A stretch of DNA of 63,960 nt, counting the filler, from Reticulomyxa filosa (Eukaryota > Protista > Foraminifera), in NCBI GenBank assembly GCA_000512085.1. It is 19 parts of 19 records of this genome, joined end to end, with 100 filler letters (N's around TTAATTAATTAA, not from the genome) between each part and the next. Parts side by side here need not be neighbours in the genome. Positions count along the whole stretch, not along the records: positions 51,664 to 58,350 come from ASPP01006939.1; positions 58,451 to 60,271 come from ASPP01014466.1; positions 60,372 to 61,718 come from ASPP01027365.1; positions 61,819 to 63,960 come from ASPP01026492.1; 15 more parts are not named here. The stretch is one strand, 5' to 3'. The translations under genes and the position numbers were made by a program. The notes under the pieces are model-generated. The model was given only the letters and a program-made list of their open reading frames with translations. It did not search any database and was not told the origin of the DNA. This document shows, piece after piece, positions 54,089 through 63,960 of the stretch. The first letter of the stretch is position 1. Each line of letters opens with the position of its first letter.

Positions 54089-55568
54089 CGCATTTTCACT
54101 TGAAGGAGCTCTTTCTATATGTAACGTATTACTCTCCATTTGATCGTGATGAGCGATTGGAGCGTCATCTTCAGTGTTTTTTGAATTTGAAGGCTGTGGT
54201 GATAGACCATGTCGATTTTCTTTTTCATATCTGCGCAATCAAAAGTGGTCATTGGTATTAATGTCGAATTGCTTTGCCACAAGAGCTGTTTTTTTTTATC
54301 GATTATGAAATAATGAGTTGTGCAAGGTTTCGTGTCGGGTTGGTATTGTCATTGCAAACAACAATTTTCAATACATTCATAGAGAATCGATTCCAACAAA
54401 ACTTCCATTGAAGGTACAAATTTGAGTTTTGCATCATTGATTTCATTGACAACATCTTGAGCACTCGCGGAAAACTTGCTCCTTGTATTTTTGTCTTTTT
54501 GGTTATATTCCGTGAACCACCATTGCTCATCCAAAATTAATGATTTATAATTTTCGCCTGTGGCAGGATCAAATATAGTGTGCAAATGATCGGATACTTC
54601 CTTCCAAGCAGTCATCGACGGGTCGAACCAAACCACTTTTTTTTTTTGTCCATGATCCCCAATTTTTTTTTTTTTAAAGCCACTTGGAATAAATTTACGA
54701 AGCTACTAAAAAAAATGGGCCGGATAGTGCACGTACGTGCATGTGATTTACAAACAAAATAAAATAATAATAAAAAACTTAGTTTTTTTTCATCTTTCTT
54801 TCGTATCCATTGCAGCACATTTTTAGACAAATTCATTTTAGAAATGAGTGAACTTTTGGAAGCAATTTTTTCTTGTTGTGTTTGCGGAAACAAATGTGCT
54901 TTTCGAACAGCGAAACAAAAAATCGCACTTTCGAGCACTTGTTCTGGAATTTGAGCAAAACTGAGATTTAAGCTGTTAATACTGATAAAAATCACTCTTT
55001 TTTTTTCTTTGGTCGTCACTACATTTATTGGCGATGGCATTTGTTTTGATTCGCCTTTTGAGTGTCGGTTGCTTGAATTGTCGTTCAAACTTGCAACTGT
55101 TTTTTCTTCGTCATCATTATTAATTACGTAGTTACGGTCTTCTCTTGGTGCTACATCATCCACGAAGCTTTCTTGGGCATGGCTTGATTCTTCCATGTTC
55201 ACAAACTCTAAGTTTTGCATTGTACCTAGAGCGTCATCAATTTTGTCAATGCTTGTCAGATGTCTATCATAAAAGTCAATTGTTGGTCAGTTTTTTTTTT
55301 TACCTTGTTGTCAATCCCTCATTGCAAAAACTAAAAAAAAAAGCAAATATCATCACCTGGGATCATAGGAAAGTGACTGTTTTTGTTGCAGAGGAGGAAT
55401 TTCACTTTGGTTTTGGCTATTTTTTTCCTTTGAGTTGCTTGCAGCCGAATTTGTCTGCTGGTCCTCCTTAACACTGTTATTCGTTACAGGCAAAAAGAAA
55501 AAACAAGCTAACAAAAAATAGACCATGCAAAGAGAAGAAATGAGACCACCCGACCTGATGCAACCCAT
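54089..55568 (-). CDS. Hypothetical protein with N-terminal signal/anchor, multi-exon; 3' part disrupted (possible pseudogene)
   Basis: Hydrophobic N-terminus (55353-55568), open exons 54612-55220 and 54349-54636; in-frame stops after 54349. Confidence 0.45.
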
Positions 55569-56138
55569 TTCTTTTGCTTATCCAGTGAAAATGGCCAAAA
55601 TAGACCTTTTCACAGGGACTTTTGAGGCTAAAAAAAACTGCACAAAACTCCGTTTCGACAGAACAAGCAAAAGGGAGGAGCTCGAAGATGACAATGTAAC
55701 ATTTTTGTGTAGTTTAAGATAAGGTCCTTAAGGAGATTCCAGAGAAAACTATAAAAAGTGGTTAAATAATAATTACTAACATCAGATTAATATATAAATT
55801 GTCACATTTAAGATAACCAACATTGAATACTTTTTCATGACAACTTTGAATGAACGAAAGCAAAAAAAAAAAAATTATTGCGATTATTTCGTTAAGAAAT
55901 AAATTTTTTCGTTTTATGATGAAAATCAGTGGAAAGACCTTTTCCCTCCCAAAAATTGCCATTTGATTGAATTTGAAAGTCTTCTTTACAAGACATTCAA
56001 AGGTCAGTTAAATTAGGTGAAAAAAGAAAACAAAAAAAGAAAAAGTTTGCACAACATAAATAGTGTATTGTTTTGGGGGGTCTGAAAAAGACAAAAATGC
56101 ATCAACAATGTTGACCGGAGACAACTTGCCAAGGAAGC

Positions 56139-58350
56139 CTAATTGGCCGAGTTTTTGGACGGATGGGACCCCTTGGACGTACTGTAATCAGCAGCGGATA
56201 TTTTGGTTTTCCTTCCAAACAATACATCCAGTAATTCTTTGATGAATAAAGGACCCGAGTTGTCATCGAATGACCTACAAGAATGTCACAGATATCAAAA
56301 TACAAACAAGTGAAGAAAAGTAGTAATTTAAATTCGCACATGAAAAAAAAAACCAAATGTAGTTACGTAACATTTCTGACGACAAAAACTCTGGTAACGA
56401 AGGAAAGTTATGTGCCGTGATAAGCTTGTAATCCATGAAATTCATGTAAGTGGACAATTCAAAGATAAGCACTTTCAATGTTGTTGTTTTTTTTTTTTTT
56501 GCCACCCCCCCAAAAAAAAAAAAAAAGGTGTAAGTAAATAACAACACATACATGTATACATGTATATGTACAAAGAAAAGTTAATAATAATAAAAATAGA
56601 ATGATCCCCAACTGGATTTAGTTTGCAAGTTGAAGGCTTTGCATTCAAAACAAACGGGTCGCCTCTCCTTGTCAACAGTGTTTTGATGCAAAAGCTGTTG
56701 GGCCATAGCATTAGTGGTAAAATCACTGACACATTTGATTTTGATAGCAGTCATCATTTCGTACAGCCCAATGACTTGCGTCATCATTTCTCTTTCTTCC
56801 AACGCTTTTTGGCGTTGCAGTTGAGTCTCTTTTAATTGTCGTTGCAAATCTCTCGTTTGCTCCTTGCCTTCGTGCAGCTGCGCCTGATAGCTTGCAATGT
56901 CAACTCTGGACTTGGTCAATTCTTGTCGCAACGACTCGAGACTGGACTCGGCATGCAACACATACTGCGAGCGATGAGACAATGGAGAGCGGCCGGACGT
57001 GGTCGATCGGCGTCGTTGTATCGCATTGATCAAACTCGTCACGTCGCCATAGCAAGGGTAGTTCATCGCACTATTCGGTGTGTCATCACTGCACTGTTGT
57101 TGTCGATACTCTTGACATTGGTTTCGTTCCTGTCATTTTCATTTGATTCTTCATTGCAAGCATCTGTTTCAGGATTCATCTAATAACAATAGCAATTAAG
57201 TAATAATAAATATAAATAAATATTATTATTATTATTATTATTATCAAGTTTATGTTTTAAATGCTTATTATATACATATACATATATGTATATATATTAT
57301 ATATTATGTGTATATGTTATATAATAACTTGTTTTAATTTTTGCATTTCTTCTTTTAAAGCATCGTTTTCTCTCTCCAATTGTCCAATGAAAATGGCTGT
57401 TTGAGTTGCTTCCTCCCTTTCTTTTCGTTTGGTCTCTTCCTTGAAATCGTTCATTTGCGTTTCTAAATTGCGATATTTCATTTCCAAATGATTTATTTCG
57501 ATTTGGTGTTGCGCGCGCACTCGTTCCAACTCTCTTGCTTGCTCTTCATGGAACTCGGACATTTGAGACTCCATTTTCAAGTTTTTCCGTACATTTTGTT
57601 GTTGGCTCTCTTCCAATTGTTGTTTCATTTCCTTCATTTTTTCTTCCGTTGATAATATGATCTGTTGCTGCTCTTTTTTCATTTCATTTGTGATTTGTGA
57701 TTTGTGATTTGTGATTTATGATTGGGAAGGAGGAGGGAGGGAGGGAGGAGGGGGAAGGGGAGGTAAAAGTAAACCTAATAAGATGAAGCTCCCAACACAC
57801 ATATATATATATATATACAACATATGCAGACTCTTATACCTTTGAGTTTGTCTTTCAGAGACTTGTTTTCCTGTGTCAACACAGGGTCTTTGCAAGATGC
57901 CTTCATCGCGAGCTGTTGAAACTGCTGCTCGAGCGTTGTCATTTGCGAATGCACATTTTGCATGTATTGTTTTTTCTCTTCCACCAAATGGACTACTTTT
58001 TTGTTCAACTGTGTCAGCGTCTGTTCAAAGTGATTTCCCAATTGGCCGCACTCTTGCAATAGTTGGTTGTAGCCGTTTACCTGAACAAAATAGCATACAT
58101 ATATATACATATATATATATATATATATTTTTTTTTTAAATAGCCTTTGTTTTAAATTGAAGAAGAAACTTATACCTGCTTGTGATTAAACTGCAGGGAA
58201 GTGTCAATGAAAGGCTCAAGTGCTTGCAACGAGTGATTTAAATGTTTGGAGCGCTTGAGAAACTCTTTGGCGTGTTGATTTAATTCGGTCAATATTTCTG
58301 TGTCCATCGGTGGCTGCTTTACTTTTGGCAAAGGGGGTATTTTATACTCT
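56139..58350 (-). CDS. Long coiled-coil protein with a C-terminal Csm1/Pcs1 (monopolin)-like RWD domain (5' partial)
   Basis: Spliced C-terminus LYEMMTAIKIK...CFECKAFN...VLIFELS...MDYKL...LPEFLSSEM|SFDDNSGPLFIKELLDVL matches the Csm1 pattern LY-x-x-LTG-x-x-I...F-x-C...L-x-F-x-L...Y...LP-x-YL-x-x-x-I-x-F...F; preceded by several Q/E/K-rich coiled-coil exons. Confidence 0.68.
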
Positions 58351-58450
58351 NNNNNNNNNNNNNNNNNNNNNNNNNNNNNNNNNNNNNNNNNNNNTTAATT
58401 AATTAANNNNNNNNNNNNNNNNNNNNNNNNNNNNNNNNNNNNNNNNNNNN

Positions 58451-58984
58451 TTTTTTTTTTTTTTTTTTTTTTTTGTGTAAAAAAAAAAAAAAAAGCAGGA
58501 GGGGTAGTTTATTCGTACCGGTATGATTCCTACATGTAATGTACGCAAATTCAGGATCATCGTCACCGTTTATGGATAAACAGTAATCAAATTTAGACAA
58601 CCCAAAATTGCCTAGTATTCGAATGAATTCTGCACATTCGATAACACGGCAAATAGACCTTGTATCCCAAGCTTTGAGTGTGTTATGCTTGTATGGAAGC
58701 CATGTTGCGTTGCTTATCCATTGGTATCTCTCATAGTAACTCTGAGGCTTTTCTACATACTTTGTGAAGAGTACTTCTAGTTGTGCGTCGCTAAATAGTC
58801 GCTTTGAAAAATTCACATCCCAAGTTTCTGGGTATGGAAGCGATTGCTTACAAGGTTGGTGAAGGATTAACACTGGCGGTTGTGACAAGTTGTTAGCTGG
58901 TTTGGTTTCACCCCAAAGAAATATATAGCCAAACCAACAAAGGAATAGAAAAAAGACAATAACTACAACTTTGTTTTTGATCAT
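58451..58984 (-). CDS. Type II membrane protein, possibly the N-terminal part of a SAM-dependent methyltransferase-like enzyme (3' partial)
   Basis: N-terminal anchor VVVIVFFLFLCWFGYIFLW, a stem region, then RVIECAEFIRIL...DDDPEFAYI. The catalytic part is missing, so the family call is tentative. Confidence 0.45.
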
Positions 58985-59577
58985 GTTAAGCAAAAAGAAT
59001 AATAGCAAACGAACTGCACAGAAGACGTTATAGCTTAACTTTTTCCAAAAAAAAAAAAACAAGTAAGTTTAGAGTACAGTGCGTGAAAACTAATAGATCT
59101 AATTTTTTAATATTAATTCTTTTTAAAAATTAGAAAAAGAGCTCTTTTGGAACAATAAGCAAACAAGAGAAAAAACTGAAATTAAAAAAAATGTGAATTA
59201 CGGATTGTCTTTAATTGATCTGCATAATTTACGACTCAACTGTATGTACACACTGACTTTGATTAACAACAGAATATATTAACTTATTGGTGTTATTGTA
59301 CAACTTTTTTGCCAAAAAACTCTGAGTATGATCCGATTGCGTGGAGATGTGGCCCACTATTAGCCTCAGAAGGAAAACGCAATACAAAAAGGTGCCTCTC
59401 TTGTCAAATTTGAATAACCAGCGCGCAACAAAATAAAAGAAAAAATAAAGAGAAAGAGACCAACGAGACAGCTTGTAAAAAAAAAAACTAAGCTTCAGAG
59501 AGAAAAAAAAGTTTCAAAGGATCCCTTTGAACGTTGTCATCTGTTACAAGGGGCTTGCCCTACAACAAAGTAAAAAT

Positions 59578-60190
59578 ATGTGGAAATCTGGCTTAAGAAT
59601 CTCAACAACATCGACAACATCACATAAAGAAAGCAAGCAAAAGAGCGCAGCACATGAGATGATTTCTTCGGTAGCAATGACTTGCAGTTTGTCAGAGAAA
59701 CGGTTGTATGTGTCAAGACTGGTCCATTCAGCGAAGAGTAAGCTGTCGAAAAAGCTGCGCGTTTCGCGGACCCCTTTCGCATCTAAGTCAGGTGTTCCTG
59801 AACAAGAGTTAAGAATCGATGACGTTCCAGCCTGTGAAAAGTCAAGTTGCGCAAATAACCAAAAGTATGAAATTCTCGCAACAATCGCAGTTGGAAGTTC
59901 CTGCAAAGTGTACAAAGTCCGATGTGTGGCCAATGACAAGCTCTATGCAATGAAGACTATGCTAGTTGCATATTAATCTTTTTTTTTTTTTCCCCCCCCC
60001 CTCCCTCCCTCTCCCATCTTCTTTGTTACCCAATCCCAAAACCTTAATAAAGATGAGCCACACATTAAGCCAAGTTTACTTTAATTAAAACATAATAATT
60101 TTTTCAGCGTAGCTCTGGTAACGATGAAATATTAGTTGAGGCAGAACGTCGTTGTTTGAAAAGTTTGAAAGACTGCGATGGTGTTTTACA
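59578..60190 (+). CDS. Ser/Thr protein kinase, N-lobe (3' partial)
   Basis: YEILATIAVGSSCKVYKVR...LYAMK (subdomains I-II), intron, then VEAERRCLKSL (alphaC Glu). Confidence 0.82.
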
Positions 60191-61530
60191 GTTTAATAAA
60201 AAAGATTAAACTTGTGCTCCCCCTTTTTTTTAAAAAAAAAAAAAAAACAACCCCTTTTTTTTTGATGGAGGNNNNNNNNNNNNNNNNNNNNNNNNNNNNN
60301 NNNNNNNNNNNNNNNTTAATTAATTAANNNNNNNNNNNNNNNNNNNNNNNNNNNNNNNNNNNNNNNNNNNNAAATTACAACAACGTATCTTGAATTTCCC
60401 GGTCATATGTTCACTTTTTGTTTAAAGTATGAACTTAAGGCATTACATCACAGCATTTGACGAACCTTGCATGAATATCTAACAAATGGGACTGCTTTTC
60501 TTTATTAAACAATATATTATTTTTATGTACAGACAAATCTGTATACATGCATTCGTTGCAAACTCTGGAATGTATAAGTGTCTTTGAGAATGAGGAGACA
60601 ATAATTGATAACGTGAGACAACAAATTTCAAAATTGTCGGTATCTATCAGCAATATCATCTAAATAAAATGATTGAAAGATGAGACAATATCAGGAACAC
60701 GAAAATCAATTAAATTGAAATTGTCTTAACTGGAAAAAAGAAAAAAGTTTAAACATTTTTTATCTTACAATCAAAGAAGATCCCAAACAAAGATTGATAA
60801 TATTGTAACAAATGCATTTCAATCAAACTTATTTCAATTTATTACAATAATATTAATTTTTATATAATGAATGGCAAGGATATTATGCTGAACAAAAAAT
60901 TATATTTGATATTACTCATGGAAACATAATACAAAAATTTAAAATTATGTCTAACAATTATATATCGATGAAAAAGAAAAAGGAGAAAACCAGTGTTAAG
61001 CATTTGTTGCATCAATGTAAATGGAAATACTTTAAAAAATGAATATTGCCCCATAACTGAGTTGTTATTATTATTTTTGTTTTGTAAAAAAAAGTTAATG
61101 GATGAAACTTTGTCGCATAGAATCAAAGAAAATGCACAGACTGAAAGCAATGAAGGAAAAGTGAATGAATTAAGTGATTATTTTAATTGTATGTTTGATT
61201 GAAAAAAAATATAAAATAACAGATTGAATATATGATAATAGACAAAATTAAAAAAATTGACAAATAAAATTTTTCGACAATTCAGGAAAGTTTGTGATAA
61301 AACAGTTCAAATAAAAGAAAACATGCAAAAATAAAATTAAATGATTCAAAAAAAGTATTTAATGCTTTGTTTTGAAATTAAAAAAAATAATTTCTTCAAT
61401 AAGGAAATATTTAAAAATAATCTATCAAATAAAATAAAAAACTAAATATAAGTTGAAAAAACATAAAAAAAAAAGTAAAATTTACTCGCATTAATGAAAT
61501 ATCAATAAAAAATGTTCATGCAAAAGCAAA

Positions 61531-61643
61531 TAAAAAAGCAAAGTGATGAAAAAGAAAAAAAGAAAAAGTGAAATAACGCGGCGCCTTAGGCGCCGCCCAA
61601 TTTTACCTTTTCTTTTTGCTTTTGTCTTCCTTTGCTTTTTTTA
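61531..61643. repeat. Inverted repeat with a GC-rich perfect core
   Basis: gcggcgcct-t-aggcgccgc (61578-61596), flanked by ~45-nt imperfectly complementary A-rich and T-rich arms. Confidence 0.8.
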
Positions 61644-63423
61644 AGCTTTCCGAGTTCAAGAAAAGTGTGTTTTTGTTTATCTTTTGAAATCTCAACTGTA
61701 TCGAGTAAAACTTTATTCNNNNNNNNNNNNNNNNNNNNNNNNNNNNNNNNNNNNNNNNNNNNTTAATTAATTAANNNNNNNNNNNNNNNNNNNNNNNNNN
61801 NNNNNNNNNNNNNNNNNNTACGTATAATTTTGCTGTATATAAACGGCGAAAAGCAGATGTATTGGTGGGCAAGGTGGAAAAATTCATCGGATATCGAATG
61901 GTTTACTCGCCGTGCTCGTTGGCAAATATGAAGGTGGATGAACTAGTAAATTTATTGGACGTATCAATAAATTAAGCGGCCATCAATATTTTTGATGAAG
62001 ATGATGATGAGACAAGCCTCAAGATGCAGCGAAATACATAAAGAACAAGCAGCAGCAAACGTGACGCCGAACAGATTTTTATCAAAGATTGTTTTTTTTT
62101 ATTGTAAGAAGGGAGGTTGCAAAGCAATTGTCCAATCGTTTTATTTCTTTAAATTTAATTTGTTTAAATGAAACCTTCCGAATCAAAAAGTCTTTCCTTG
62201 CAAGTTCGCGACATCGCGATGCTATTCTTTATCTATTTGCAGAAATTCACGAATTTTTGTAAATCTTATTTCGCTTTGAACAATGTTTTACATTGAAACT
62301 GATTCATTGTATTTAATGCACTTTTTGACAAATTGCTAAGTCTTCAAATGGATAGTCTGTGTATCAACGTTGTAAAAATATTTCATCTTAGAAAAAAAGT
62401 ATATTTATATGACTTAGCAACATATTTGCTGCCTTTAGCATTATTTATTTCAATGATTTTTCATAAAACAGTGCAAGCTTTGGCTTGACGTTCAATCTCC
62501 AAAACAAAGTAGAAGAAGATCGTTAGTGATCCCCATACATTTACAAATAAAGGTTAAAAATGGCATATGATATGTTTATTCGCTACCGTGAATACATGTT
62601 CTGATCCATCCAAACATTAACGTGATAAAAAAATCATTGGCTACGAACATGAAAACGGAGAACAATGGGCTGACTTGAGTGAGCAAGACCCCGAAGCAAG
62701 CCAGTACATCGAAATACAAACTCCGCACGTGAGGTGTATTTTTCAGAACAAGCATAAAAAAGATTATAGCAATGCTACCAAAAGTTTGATGACATTTCCA
62801 ATCAAAACAATAATCAATCTGCGTTTTTATTTTAAAAAATTATTCGACGGTAATGATTAGTGTTTGTATTGATCTCTTTAACCATCTGATCTATTGGTAG
62901 TTAAGGACATTTGCCACGTAACAAGACTTAGAAAAATTTCAAGTTATTGTGATTTTTAGAACCACTCAAAACTGTCTTCTTTAAAAATGTAATCTCCCAA
63001 AATTTGAAATGAGAAACCGCTTTATGTTGTGCTGCAAAAAAAAAAAGTGCTTAAGACGACTTCAATCACAAACAAAAACAAAACAATTTTAAAAATAGCT
63101 CAAAATAAAATGCGCAACATCAATGGGTTGTCATCGTGATTATTTTTTTTTGATTAGGTATTGTGTATTATATTTATGTCTTTTGTTGTTATGTTTATGG
63201 TCGAAGTAGTAATAAAAGCATGTTCATATGTATTAAAATGTTTCAACAAGCATTGTTGATCCGTCACAAAGCAAAATATTTCATTTGAAACAACAAAATG
63301 AATAATTTTTTTGTTAATCTTTTGGATCGCGGTTTCCAGGATCTGTGCAAAACAGACGAACCAAGAAAAGCACACAAAAAGTGTTGTTGTTTTTTTTTTG
63401 GAAATTAAAGTAAATAATTTGAG

Positions 63424-63885
63424 TTATTTTTGTAACACAGTTCGACAATTACCTCCACTTTTGCTTCTGTCTTTGTTCCGTGAACTTGTGGGTTGTTGAC
63501 GATAAGAGCGTTGTTTTTCTCGATCTCCAGATTGATCATTTTGATCTTCCTCTGCATTTTGCTCTGTAGCAATGGCCTTGGTCGTGGTTTCTTTGACATT
63601 ACGAGAGCTTCTTTCTTTTTCCGCGGCTTGTTCATGTTTTTGATAATTTAGCACAGTCCAGTCAAATCGATAGTCTGCAGCATAGCCCTGTCTGAAAAAC
63701 AAATCCCGAAACAATCGTCGTAGGTAAGCATAATCAGGCTTATCATCAAAACGTAGAGCGCGGCAGTAATTCAAAAACGTTGCAAATTCATTCGCAAAGT
63801 TTTTGCACAAAACTTCCACCGGAGTTGACTATTTTTTTCTCGGCGATGCGATTGTTATTTTTTCTTTTTTCGTTGTTTGTCCGTT
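63424..63885 (-). CDS. CK1: Casein kinase 1, C-terminal exon (5' partial)
   Basis: [58 protein letters not shown]. Confidence 0.96.
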
Positions 63886-63960
63886 TTTTTTTTTTTTTTT
63901 TTGTAAGGGGCGTGCCAAAAAAAAAAATTCATCCCATCAATTAAATTTAAAAAAAAAAAA

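Noticed and set aside
54110-54351. In-frame TGA followed by ~75 open codons as selenocysteine or readthrough
   Set aside because: The context TGA-CAA-TAC does not fit CAR-YYA, no SECIS is evident, and other frames look equally protein-like. Decay or sequence error is simpler.
61819-62860. Protein-like fragments on the + strand
   Set aside because: Frequent stops and no assignable motif.
1-63960. CRISPR arrays, rRNA or tRNA genes, prokaryotic operons, alternative genetic code
   Set aside because: None seen by eye. Genes are intron-containing, and intact genes end in TAA, TAG or TGA with no systematic in-frame stops.

Overview
This is not one locus. It is 19 short eukaryotic contigs joined by an artificial linker (N44-TTAATTAATTAA-N44), so adjacency across linkers has no biological meaning. 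The sequence is AT-rich, with short GT-AG introns full of (TA)n/(TATACA)n and poly-A/T, and an expanded WD40 family with a characteristic N-terminal exon. These traits suggest a rhizarian or foraminiferan draft genome (Reticulomyxa-like; inference). Recognisable genes, mostly partial: a four-domain voltage-gated cation channel (domains III-IV), an SLC25 carrier, a BIG/Sec7 ARF-GEF, diacylglycerol kinase, a GTPBP1/2-like GTPase, a DHHC palmitoyltransferase, an XK-related membrane protein, a Na+/H+ exchanger, a La-motif/RRM protein, mitochondrial ribosomal S6, a Csm1/Pcs1 (monopolin)-like protein, a protein kinase, casein kinase 1 and WD40 proteins. There are also an eRF1 pseudogene, a WD40 pseudogene and decayed non-LTR retrotransposon remnants. 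The standout is a >1620-aa NLR-like STAND protein (27683-~32720, minus strand): Zn-binding module, RelA/SpoT-like nucleotidyltransferase, NACHT, pentapeptide repeats and 14 WD40 repeats. It is a candidate eukaryotic immune or allorecognition receptor with an alarmone-synthetase-type effector. All family calls come from motif recognition by eye; no searches were run.
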